From Geosiphon pyriformis uo1 (Eukaryota > Fungi > Glomeromycota): DNA of 64,000 nt. Positions 13,545-29,500 of this stretch are shown here, piece by piece (the first letter of the stretch is position 1; every line of letters begins with the position of its first letter). The notes below the pieces were generated by a model. The model did not search any database. It had not been told where the DNA came from and was given only the letters and a program-made list of their open reading frames with translations. Made by a program: the position numbers and the translations under genes. The stretch lies in NCBI GenBank assembly GCA_016748015.1, contig JAAOMT010000697.1, positions 380,868 through 444,867 on the forward strand, read 5' to 3'.

Positions 13545-15350
13545 TAATAATAATTTTATAGATACAATAAAAAAACAATTATCTTAATTTTATTTATATT
13601 TAAAATAATAATATTAATCTTATTACAACTTATTAAGCTGTAATAAAAGGCTATAATATAATTTTTTAAATTAAATCAAATTAATTTGTTAATATTTAAT
13701 TAATTTATCTTAATTAATAAAAATTTTATATATATAATTAAATTTAATATAGATTAAATTATTTAGTTATTAAAAAATTATTACAAAATATAAATATAAT
13801 TATTATAATTTTAGTTTTTTTACTCTTTGCTTTGGTCATAGTCATAAAATTAAGAAAACAAAGAGTTTTTTTTAAAAATTAATATTATATAAACTTTGTA
13901 TTAAGTATTATATTACTTAAATAAATTATTTATAACAATATTTTATTATTTTTAGTTTTGTAAATATTGTCTTTTAATATTTTAATAATAAAATATATAT
14001 AATTTTATATAAAAACATAATTTTTAAAAAGTAGTTAATAATATTAAAATTATTATTTTTAAGTTAATTTTTTTGGATTATTTAAAATTTGTTGATTTTT
14101 TTCTGGTTTAAATAATAATATTATAATTATAAATATATAATATAATTTTAATTATTTAATTTGGAATATTTGATTATTGTATTATAATAGATAATAATTA
14201 AATTTTACTTATTAAATAAAATAAATAATAATAAGTAATATTGTTTTAAAATTTTGATTTATTAATTAATAATAAAAATTATAAAATAATAAATATTTTT
14301 TGCTAATACAAATTAATAAACTTAATTTTTTTTATATTTAAAAAAAACAATAAAAAATTTAAAAATTTGTGTATATTTAAATATAAAACAAAAAATAACA
14401 ATAAAACAATAATTAAATTGTATTAAATAAGAAAAAATAAAAATTTTAAATATATAATATTAATTTTATATTATATTTGTTATTATAGAGTTATATATAA
14501 TATAATAAAAAACTATGTTTTAAACAAAAAAACTACAAATATTTTAATCTTAAATATTTTTAAAACTTACTAAAAAATATATTACAGTAATATAATTTTA
14601 TAAAAAAAAAATGCTTATTAATATTCATAATTATAAAGATAATTATTTAAGTTTAAAAACTTATTATTTGTTAAAACATTAAAACACAAAAACTTAAACA
14701 ATTTATTTGGTATTATCTCTGGTTTTGTTTATAAAAATAATAATAACAAATAGTTATTGTTTTATAAATATAAATTTTATATATAAAAACAATATTTGGT
14801 AATTAATTTGGTTTTAAATATAAAACCAAAAAACCAAAATCAAAAAACCAAAAAAATAACAGAATAACTGTAAATTTAACCAATAATTACAAAAATTTTA
14901 AGAATAAATATTTAGTTTTTAACATTAAAATTTTAAGCAAAAAAAAAATAAAAACAAAAAAATAATTATAAGTCTGGTTTTTAATAATTATGATTATTAC
15001 AATTTTAAAAACAAAAACAAAAAGACTATTTTGAAAACAAAAAAATTATTTGTAATAAAAAAGTATTATTATATATTCTTTGTTTTATTTTAAGCATTAA
15101 AATAATAATAATAATTGGCTTAACATAAAAAAAACATAATATAACAGCAAATTAATATACAACTGGTTGTTTTAACAATAAATATTTATATAAGTTTATG
15201 AAAAAAAACTATTTTCTAATAATAATAATGAAAACCAAGTGAAAATTTGTTTTCTAAATTCAGATGTTTATATTTTTCAAATCTGATAAATTAATAACAA
15301 AAGTAAAATATCGAAAACGAGATGTTATAATAATCTATTGTTTTATTAAT
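13545..15350. repeat. Extremely AT-rich decayed repeat block
   Basis: Near-absence of C/G; 14150-14285 resembles 39330-39480 and 58340-58500 (LTR remnant). Confidence 0.55.
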
Positions 15351-16072
15351 TAATAGATATTTTTTAATGTACAGCTGTGGTATGCTTAATTGTCTAATTT
15401 CTTTTATGGTTCAAACTTTTGCAAAGAAGCATAATTCAATATAATGTGCACAAGCACAAATATGTTAATGGATTTACAATCTTCTAGATAAAGTTTACAA
15501 GAAAACCACTTTATGGCTTATATAAATGTTTAACATTATTATCATCTCACTCTTTAATACAAATAGGAAGAAAGACCCAAAAACAGAAGATTAATTCTAA
15601 GACAATTCAAAAGATAATAACATAAATGCACTCAAAATTCAGGAAAAGGCTTTTATCAAAGACTGAGAAATATAGAAAATAAGTGTGCACAGTCTTGAAG
15701 ACGAATACAAACAAAATCTGCAGTCATTATAAGACCCAATCCAATTCTGTTTAATAAGAATAATTATTTTAAACACATGTTATTATATCACATATTAACA
15801 AGCAAAAAGCTTTATTGTAGCGGTTATACTACAAGACCAGTCACTTTATATATGTGTAACCATTCTCTCAGTGAAGATTTATACATAAATTTTTTAACCA
15901 CCTTTAGTCGCATAAATTAAAATTTTATTGATGTAATAAAATTGCCATGCTTGAACTTACTCAATCATATGACTTTAGTGTTCATTAATCGACTCAAATT
16001 GTATTGTTTTCAAACCTAAATTGAATAACCATCAGCTAGAATCTAATGTAATTATCATAAGAGATCGATTTG

Positions 16073-18278
16073 TCAAATAGGTGGTCTAACAATCTGCAAT
16101 ACGTCAGCAATAACATCTCCAGGGCAAAGTGTAGTGAATGGATGACTTCGAGTTTTTAATAGTGCTAAAGGGCTCGTCCCATACATTGTGCTGTGGTCAT
16201 CACCTGCCTCGCGTAATAATAAGCGATGGGATAAAACTTTTTCGCTCGCAATTAGGACAAGTTCTGGTGTGACAAAATTTTTTTGATACACCGTGGCTAA
16301 TGCTCTGAGCAACCTTGTTTGTTAATTGGCAGAAAATGAGGACGAAGAAATAAATTGAGATAAGTGTGCTTACTTTACAAGAGTTACTAAATCTGAAGAT
16401 GTGCGAGCAGTGATTCCTCCTTTAACTGATCGGTGTGTGCGAACTCCCACTATAACATCACGCATATATCTTTGCATATCATTATGCACCATCACTTTAT
16501 CTATTCTTTGAGATAAATCTTCTAATTCCTAAAATAAATAAAAGTCGATAAGATTCGGTTTACCCGATTGAGTCGGTATTATTGAACAGTTCCTACCGAG
16601 TTTCGAACCAACGAATTTTTGCGGTTTACAGAGAGTGACGATTTGCCTCCTCCAATATTCCCAGTAGTTGTCTCGTATGTATAGCTGATGAAGAAATGGT
16701 CAAGCTATTGAGTTAAGTTAATTAAAATCCAAAAGTGAATGAAAATCATAAAATACAAGTTAATTTTAAAGTCAAAAGATGACCAAGATTTAACGCATTA
16801 GGAATAGAATTTAATCATTTACCAATTGACTTGGCAAGTTATGTCGACCATTGGATTGAGGGAGTAATGCTATCACAATGAACGGCCGCGGTATATGTCT
16901 ATCTACCGCTTGTTTTCTTATCAAGATCTACAAATTTTTTTTGATAAGGATACTTTATGGGAAGTGATGAAGTGAGGCCAAGTGGATATCATCTGTTTCG
17001 CTTACTTCTAGCAAATATGCATGAATCACTTCGTTCGCATCAGTTAATCCCTCAATAATCACAGCATTTGCCAGTTTTCGGGAGCCAATGAAAGGAGAAG
17101 GAGGATCCTGACCTCCCATACTTTGATTTTCGTGCCTTTTTTTCGGAACTTTGAAGTCTAATGGTGTGACAGAAAATGGAGAATATGCAAAATGTGGATG
17201 AAAATTGTTCCTCCGTGGAGACCCAGTCAATATACTCAGGTTAGGGCGTGATGGAATTTCAATCGGTGATGCGGTAGGTCCAGTTGATGAAGTAGAAGAA
17301 AAAACTGTATTTCTACGTCGTGCTTGATAATGAGAGCTCGGGGGTCTGAAAGAAGTTGAATGTGTCTCTTTATTATCGAATGTTCTTTGCTTTTCCATAT
17401 TATCAAAAGTTTTAGACCGGTCTTTTAACTAAGCTCGATTCATCGATTGAATTCAGATGTTGATCGAAAATCACAAAATGAAACTAATAAAGAAAATGAA
17501 TATTCCGGCTATAATCAATAACATGACCAATCTTAACTCAAGCTACCTTTTCAGACCCGTCAAACTCTCCATGATCAATGTTTGAAGAAGAAGCCTCTTC
17601 CATCGGGAAATCGATTTGATCCTGAGGTTCTTCCATGACAAACCTATCCGAAAATATAGTCTCTTTAGTACTAAATTCTGAAAAAGTGGATACGTATGAG
17701 TAATTTGATCGTCGCTTTGGTATTTTTGGTTCATAATTTTGGAGTTTAACATCATGTGAATTTGTTGAGCTCGCGGTTTTAATGGATCGGACAGATTTTT
17801 GTGATTTTAAAAGATTCGCAGATTCATCCAAAAGATTGTTGGTTAAAAAGGGATGCCCATACATTGGGGTGTTAGAGGTGGTTTGAGAAGTTTCTTCTTT
17901 GGGCCGGGGAAAAAAACTTGAATAAAATTCTGCCGGTGTTTGGGTAGGATTACAAGTGATAGTTGAACAGAACAGTCCAAATATATTGAGAATAACCTTG
18001 AGAAGTCAAAAAATATACAAGTGATTAGTGATGAAAAGGAGATAGAATTTATAAACAATTTTCTAATGTAAAGGCCCTTAAGCAACCTGTTCTGTCATTA
18101 ATCGTAGTTCATCAAGATCTTCCTTTTTAGTTGTCAGGATCAAGTGCTTCTCACCCGAGATGAGACAAAGTAGGATTGAAAGGAAAACATCTTCTGAAAA
18201 GTGAGGAATTGATACTTTCTTGAGAGTTTGAAGTTTTGACTTGAGCCAATTTTTGGTGGTTACTTGATCAGGTAACAT
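16073..18278 (-). CDS. MTC2-like protein (degenerate MoxR/ChlI-type AAA fold with AAA-lid), about 7 exons
   Basis: LSILLCLISGEKHLIL; LANAVIIEGL..LLE; PFIVIALL; LDHFFIS; YMRDVIVGVRTHRSVKGGITAR; FVTPELVLIASEKVLSHRL; C-terminal VIADVLQIVRPPI. No intact Walker A seen. Confidence 0.7.
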
Positions 18279-19278
18279 AATTTCTGAAAGGGTGGTGGGG
18301 GGAAGAGTAATAGAATTTTTTATTTTGAAATATTCTAAAAAGGGGAAAGGTCTAAAAATAGACTAGAAAATGTGATGTAACATAACCACGTTTTTGTAAT
18401 TAGATTTTTGTTTCGCACCAATAGCCACAATTTACACAAACCAACGATGATTAGTTAAAGGTTCATTGATGGAACTCGAAGTTTCGTACATAGTTTTTAT
18501 CAATAACTATAAAAAGAATGATATACCATCTTGGAATTTCGGCAAAAGGTTCAAAGGATGAACAAGTTCTACTCACTGGGAAAGGATGAAATTAAAAATA
18601 TGCAAATTTTTTTTTTGAATTTAAGTTCTTGTAAAAGGAAACAAGGAAAGTTCAAATATAAATAATTCAATCATTACTTTTATTAAAACAATACTTGAAC
18701 AAAATGTAATTATTAGAATTTACTTTTGATGTTCGAACTTGGATATTATCTAATATTAGGCTTGATGATCTTGATTATAATTGATAAACTTGAAAATCTA
18801 ATTTATTTATTGTAAATCAGTTTGTATTTGTCGAACAAATGGAAACCTCTCCCACTCTTAGTGTTATCGTATCGATTTGATCTTTTTAACAACACAAAAA
18901 AATCAATACTTCCGAAATAGTTGAACAACTTCAAGCACATAATCGTGCTTCATGCACCCTTTTTTTAGGGAGATTTCCCAATAAAATTTACCGATGCAAA
19001 AAAAGTAAAACAACATAAAGTTATTTGTCTGTCACAACGTATCTCCCAACACATGTAATTACTATTCCCACTGATTGACCTTTGTATTCAATTTATCATT
19101 ATGTCCATCAAATTTTTTAGAACAAACCCCTTCTAATCATCTGATTAATGAAGATCATATTTTAACATCTCGAAAAAAAACTTTAAATACAACCAGTTCC
19201 CAACATCCAAAACGTTTCTTTTCTCCCCCTCGATCATCTTTCACCCATCCTTTTATTTACACATAATTTTTTTGAACC

Positions 19279-22014
<2,736 letters not shown>

Positions 22015-22539
22015 ATCAATTGCCGCCGTGAAACCCTGAAAAATAAAAAAAAATTCCAATTTTGACACGTTTACACAGCCACTTTTAATTTATTTAATTT
22101 AGAATTCGTATAGGTTGCTCTAAATTTGGATTTTTACTATATTTAATTTATCATTGTGTTTAATGAAACATAAACGAATCTTTCCAATATATAAATGCCA
22201 ATATAAATGTTTTGAACAACCACTAGAAATAATTAAATTTAGATTGGATTATTTTCGACAATATCATGATTAAAATGTTTGCGAGGAGCTTTTATGAATA
22301 TTAATTTCTTAATTCTTTAATTTATTATTAACTTCATATACCCTGGCAAAAAATATTTCAAAAAAGTTTTTTCATATATTAGTATTAGTGACATTTGACC
22401 CCCTGTAGTTACGCGACTGTTATGTTCTGTAGTTACTTAATATTAAGAAACGCGTAAAAAAATTTTTTTATTTAAAAGTTTTAAAAGTCAAAAAATTATT
22501 TGGTATCTCTAACTCATTTGACATTTATTGAAAATTTAG

Positions 22540-22960
22540 ACTCAGCGACGAAGTATGACAACTTTTCTTTATTTTCTTTTAACTGGGCCAGGAATTCACA
22601 CAGCCTTGGGGGTTCCTCCTTAAGGCATGGGTGCCGTGGCTCCTGTTGTCGCGCAGCTCAAGGAGGGTCCAGGTTTTTTTTAGGTTATGACTCGAAACAC
22701 ATACATTTCTTAGAAAAATTCAGTGAAATTTATCCTGACAAACAATTGATACTTAAAAAGGCAAGGTGAACGGGTGACGTCACAGCGTGGCTTGGCAATC
22801 TTAATGAAAATTTTTTACCTCCGCACTCGCTGTGATCTGAGCTCCTTGAATGTCGATGTGAACAAGGGATGTCAGAGTCAAACATTTCTTTTAACATACC
22901 ATAATATCCGGCATATCATATGGCAGAGTTAAGCATTCATGCTTAATGATGACTCCCTAA
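22540..22960 (+). ncRNA. Candidate structured non-coding RNA of unknown family
   Basis: GC-rich, CpG-retaining island with several G-U-containing stems, a closed three-way junction (22583-22672) and a T8 run; no convincing ORF. Confidence 0.5.
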
Positions 22961-23049
22961 TCTCGTTTATTCACATTTTCTTTATTCTTCTCTTTTTAAA
23001 ATCTTATTTATTAACAATATATATATATATATATATTATTATCATTATA

Positions 23050-23840
23050 CAGAATCACTGCAGTAAATAGAAGATCTTGAATCTTTTCAAATATTTAGCT
23101 GATAATGTGGAATTTATTAATAAAACCTTTGATAAAATTTAGGATTTTATTTGTAACCAGCTGTAGTTTGTAATGATACAAACAACTTCTAAGTACAAAA
23201 AAAAGTCTTTAAGCTTTATAATAATTTGACATAGTAGTTTTGTTTGCATGATTATTTTCAAACTTTTTTTTATTATTAACCAGTATTATTTGTTTGATTT
23301 TAATAAAAAAAATAAAAATTTCTTTTTTTTATACATTCCAAATTTTTCAAAGCAAAATTTTGAAAGTAGTTTTAAATATTTTATTATTTGATTAGATACT
23401 TTCTATTTTAATATTAACAGCTTGATTATAAAAAAAGCCAAGAAAAAATTTGATATTAGTTTGGCTGTTGTTAATTTGATTGTTAAAAAAAATAAAAAAA
23501 TGATGTTTTAAAAAAAACCATTATTAGTGGTGTTTTTATATTTTAAAATGTTTTTTTTTATAAATTTATTAATGAATATAGTCTAATTACTATCTAAAAT
23601 AAAAAAACAAACTAAGTAAATTTAACTAAACATAACTTATATACTTATTATATATAACTGGTCATTTAAACTAATTAAGAAAATATTATATACTTATATA
23701 AACTTTTATACTATTGTCTATATTTAAAAAAAAAACAAGTTTTATACAAATTAAAGTTAACAGTAAATGATTTAATAATATTAAGCAAACAAACTACTTT
23801 AATTAACAGATAACTAAACACACTGTAAAAAATAATAAAT
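23050..23840 (+). mobile_element. Decayed LINE 3' end
   Basis: Similarity to the reverse complement of 6045-6140; ends in an A-rich tail. Confidence 0.45.
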
Positions 23841-24082
23841 ACAATTTTTATATTATTAACTAGACTATTTTTTTTATATCTATCTTAAATTTAAATCTAA
23901 GCAATTATAATATGCTTCAATGTTTTTTAATTAAATAGTAAATAAAGTTAATTACTACAAACACAGCTTTTTTTTGTTGCCAAAAATTAATTTTTTTTTA
24001 TTTACTCAATTCCTAAAAACAAAACTTTTGTACAAAATAGCATAAACATTAACATTTAAAATTTTTGAAAAAAAATATATAG

Positions 24083-25290
24083 TATTATGGGTTTTATTTC
24101 TTTGGTGGTCATACTCTGTTTTAATTCCTACAGTTTTTAAATTAAGTAATAATAAAGCCAAAATTATCTAATTCTAATGTACAGATAAGTATATCAGTCT
24201 CAATTGCTGTTATTTTGATTTGTTTTAAATTCTTATTTGATAAATTACTATTATTTCTTTTATTTAAGGATCCGAAGATTAGTCTAATAAGTTTTTTTTA
24301 ACTCTTAGCAGTATAAAATAATTTCTTTTGATAAGTGTTTTTCTATTTGGTTAATTGTGTTTGTATAATATTTTGCCAAAATTACTGTTAGTAGTTACTG
24401 TTATACTAGTTCTTTAAGAAAAATTTTTGTCATATTCTTACATTTCTAATTGTGTCTTTCTTTAAGACTTTTACAGAGATACTTTTGTTTATCTTGCACT
24501 AATATTAGACATTTGTATTTTTTTACTTGTAATAAAATAATACCCTATTTTAAAAAAAAAAATTTAAGAAAATTAGAATTCAACAAATTAGTGTTTGCAA
24601 ATAATCTTGATTAGAGATTATTTTTCTAAAATATAAGAAGTGCATTCTGAATTTTTAAGTTAATTGTTAATTTTTGGCCAAGAAAATATAACTAATTTCT
24701 TATGAGTTTTATGTAATTAATATCTGTTATTGGTTTTGTTAATAAAAGGTAATGACAATTCAAAGAAAGAGTCACTATCAGATTGTTTATAAGGATTGGA
24801 TTATCAAAAGAGGAAAATTTTTAGTTTCAGCTGATTTTTATATTGGTATATAGTACAATACAAAGCTGGGAGACTATTCTTTCAGCTTTCTCAAAGAATT
24901 TAGATTATAATTTTTTTATCTATTTTTTGTTTTTGTTTTTTAGTCTAGTTAATTTTTTTTTATTTTTTGTCTGTTTTTCTTCTAGTTAAAAAGCTATTGT
25001 ATATATATATGTTTCAAGTTATACATAATTATGCTTATTCTAACTAATTAGTGAATAATTGCTAAGCTATTAGATCTTTTGTTTAATTGTGAGTGTCTTT
25101 TGGCTCTATTGTTTATGATTACATTAAATTGGGCATGTTTGTGTACGTTTTTGCATGCTATTATATGCATATCACGTTTTTTAAATTTTATTTATTGATT
25201 TGTGCTATTTATATTATCTGTTTAGTAATTGGTTAATATATTATGATATTATTATTATTTTTGATTTTTGTTAATTTTTATTAAGTAACA
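24083..25290 (-). mobile_element. Solo LTR, family B
   Basis: Ends TATTAT(TGTTAC)..GTAACA; TSD ATAG/ACAG; inverted copy of 31719-32963. Orientation is relative only. Confidence 0.8.
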
Positions 25291-26503
25291 ACAGCATTAA
25301 AAAAATAATAGAGAACAAATTTTTATTAAAAACATTTATAACTTAATATAATCAAGTAATATTTTAAAATATACAACAACATTTTTAAAACAAGTAAAAA
25401 TATAATCAAATAACTTAATATTATTACATATTAAACACAAAACACTTAGATAATTTTTGTTATAAAATCTTTTTCTAATAACAACTGACAACTTTTTATA
25501 AGCTATTTTTATTAGATAAACACAAAAAGCTGTCAATGTTTTATTGATAAATTCAGAAAACATATAAAAATTCAGATATTAAATCAAGATTATACAGATT
25601 TAATCTATGTTTCTAATAAGCAAATCATTAATAATCTTTATATTTAAATTTGTTTTTTATTGAGCATAACAAATATTCTAATAAATATTATGAATAAAAT
25701 AATAAATATTGCTTAATACAACCAAATTATTAGCCATAATAAATTTTTTATACATACTAATTGAGAAAGTTAAATGAAATAAAATTGTATTATATATATA
25801 AAAATCTGTTCAAATATTGTTAATAATTCCAAAATAGTCTTTAATCTTTATTAATAATACAAAAATATTTTTTAATTTGATTAAATTAATCACATAATAA
25901 TTTTTTATTTAACATTTATTCCAAAAATTAGGTTATTAAAATTTAAGCTTTAAAAAATATATATCTATAATAGCTTGACTGTTTATATATAAAACTACAG
26001 AGCAAAAAAAAACACATTTTATTATTAATACAATTATCTACAATTTAAACATAATAAAAGACAACAAATCATAAATTTTAATACTTATATCCACTTTAAT
26101 ATTAAAAAAATATACAGTTGTTATATTTGTTACTTTTGTAATATTCAATTTTTTTAATAAACTATTAGTATACACATTAATTTTTTTTTATTTACAACTC
26201 ATATAAATAGTTATAAATATCCAAAAAAAATTTAAGCAATTAAAGATTAAAGTAATTTTATTACAATTAGCAGAGAGTTTACTTATGTAAACTAAAGTTT
26301 TAATAAATTATAACAGTACTAAACTCTTAAAACTTAATTTTTTCTAATAACAAAAAGTTTTTCAATCTAGAATTACACTATATTTGTTTAATAATCTGTT
26401 ATTAAAAACAATATTCATGTGTTTTAAGAAACAAACAACATAAAAGTAATAAAAATCTCTAAAATCTTAGACATTAGAAAGTAGTCAGAAAAATAAAAGA
26501 CAT

Positions 26504-29500
26504 TATTATTTATAGAAAAATAATGTATATTGCTTAAGAAAATATGAGATCTTATATAATATAAATTATATATATATATAGCAAGAGTGTTAAAAACAGA
26601 AAAAATAATTCTAAGAAAATTTAATAAAGTTCATATTAATTTAGAACAATACTCTTTTCTTCAAAAAATAGTTATCTATAACTTAAAGTATAATTATTTT
26701 CATATTAATAAAATTATCTATTATCATCTAATTTATATTATTATTACTTGATTAAAAAGATTAATCACTTTTATTCTATCAATACTTTATGTTAATAGAA
26801 TCTAATACTTAACTATATTAGACCAATAGCTCTTGATTATGACTATTGACAAAATACTAATTTTTATTTTTTTTATTTTATTTCTTTGTTGTTTGCTATT
26901 GATTAAAAGGATTAAGTACTGAATATTTAACATCAAGATTAGCTTGGTAAAAGACCTGAAAATAAGGATAAAAATTTAAGAATATTTTACCAAAAGGACA
27001 CAACTATTAAAATAAACTGGTCATTACACTAGAAAAAAAAATTCATGAAAGAAACTATTAATTAAATTTCTGTTTATTATACAAAAAACTTAACCAAAAC
27101 CTTCAGAAATTACCAACATTATCAGCTATTGAGCACCAAGTTATGGGTTTGTTATTTGTACTAACATTCCAAATAATTATTTATAATATTTAGTGCTTTT
27201 TGTAAGATATAATTTAACAGAAAACCAGCATTAACATTAATCATCTAAAAAAGTAGAAAACCAAAAAATCATAAGAGAAAACTATTTAAGATTCACAAAA
27301 TTTTTATTTTAACACTACTAAATTTATTTTGAACTAACAAGTAACTATTGACCAGCAGAATCAATTTTTAATTATTATGTTAACAAAAAAATTAAATTCT
27401 ACTTGAAAAACTAAGAAGATCCAGAAACCACTCTCAATAATTTCTACAGTAAATTATTCTAAAGCATCATACTTCTATTAAATTATCTGTTTACACTATT
27501 AATCACAAAAATAAACAGAAAAATTAAAAATTACATTCAACAAAAATTTTTTATTATTTTTGCAAACAAAAAAAAATTACAAACTCCAGTAAAAACACTA
27601 AAAAAAATACAACCACCTAATTGGAAAAAACTAAGAATCATTTCACTCATTCATCTATTATACTATTATATATTAAAAAATACTATATATATACTATTAA
27701 GATTTATATTACTATTAACTATAAAGATATTATTACTTAAAGTACTATTCCAAAATAATTAAAAGAAAGCCAAATTATTAAGAACTTATAATGATTACTT
27801 TAAAAAATTTAAATCACAACTCACAACTCCATCAAAACTTTAATTACTACCACTTCAACCAAATTTCGGATTTATTAGTTATTGGAAAAATACCAACTCA
27901 GAAAAAAAAAAAGACAGTAATTAGGAAAATAATAATCAAAACCTGATTCCAAATAATCTGAAAATACAAACTCTAATTGTTCAAACTTTGCAAAATGTAA
28001 ACAATCCAAATTCTACTCCTATTATTCAACAATACTTACTTTTAGTTATCATAATTGATTTACTAGTTGCACTAATTATTACATCTTAACAATAACAATT
28101 TTAACTACAATCATAATAATAACTACTTATACCAATAACATACATATTCATTACCAAACTAGAAAAGTTTATTGGCAAAAAGAACAATGCTTAAGCATGG
28201 ATAAATAATGTAGAAAAAGCCATTATGGCCAACAAATGGGATAATGTCAAAGCAATTTAAGCAATTTCATATTTTTTCCAAAATACTATTAACTCATAAT
28301 ATTAAAATCTTGTAAACAAACTTCAAGATTTTGATGTATTCAAAACCATGTTTCTATATCATTTTAGTGATAATAATAGTTTAAATTACTTGTTAACTAG
28401 TTTTATCACAATCAAACAAGATAATATTAAAGCAGTTACTACTTACTTGGGATATTTTTACAGAAATTTGTGCCGAATACAGGCAATTCAAGCTGACTAC
28501 TTTACTAAAGCACAAATCTTGAACCAATTTATTTGCAAATTATGCAGTAGCTTATTACAATAAGTATGCCTAATACACCTAAACACTTTCTAAAACACAG
28601 TTACTTACACCAAAGATTTTAAATTGGCCAAATTTGAAGCCAATCATATCCAAGTCATTAACCTAGTAATAAATAGATTATTTGAATTAAATACCAAATT
28701 AAAGCAATTTGGCAAAACCATTAATCAAAAAATTGAGGGATATTTAGCTAACAATCAGGCAATTTATCAACCTCTACAATACTATAAAAATCAAAAAAAT
28801 TCCAATCATTTTCAAAATCAATTGGATTTATTATCTTCATTAACCAATCAATTATGACAGCAAAAAATGCATATTTGCCACTATTGTAATAAACAAAAAT
28901 ACTTAAAATTAGACTACTGCTTAAAATTAAACAACCAATAATTGGAAAATTAATATCAAAATCCCAATTGCCAGTTCCAAATTCCAAATTAAATTTAGTA
29001 TCAGGAATAATATTAACCTTATTACATTCTAATAATACAATAATCAATATACTTACTTTTAATATATTAAACTTCAACACCAGTTATCTATCAGCCACAG
29101 CCACAAATTATTTATCAATTACAACCAATTTAAATATCACCCCAAAACTTAGTTTAAATATCAATTAGCAATCAAAGACTGAAAATTACTTATGTATAAC
29201 AGAATTAAAAATTAGTAATAGTAATATACTAACTGATTTCCAGTTCATTAAATTAGCCATTAAGATTATACTAGCAGAGTTTGAAAAATAAATACACTTA
29301 AAACCCAAATTCCCAGAATTATTTAAATATTTTGGTTATTTCAAAAACCAACTCATCTAATAACTTGAAAAGCCCAAAAACACTACTTATTAGCAATATT
29401 TCACCAGCAATCATTAGAAAAAACAAATCATTAGATGTTATTTTCTTATTCGAGTTAGAAGATTAATTAAAAACTTTGTTATTTAATGAAGTCACTCTTA

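Noticed and set aside
22540-22700. glmS ribozyme or TPP riboswitch next to GFA1
   Set aside because: Lies downstream of the gene and lacks the ordered AGCGCC..GACGAGG core and the TPP CTGAGA motif.
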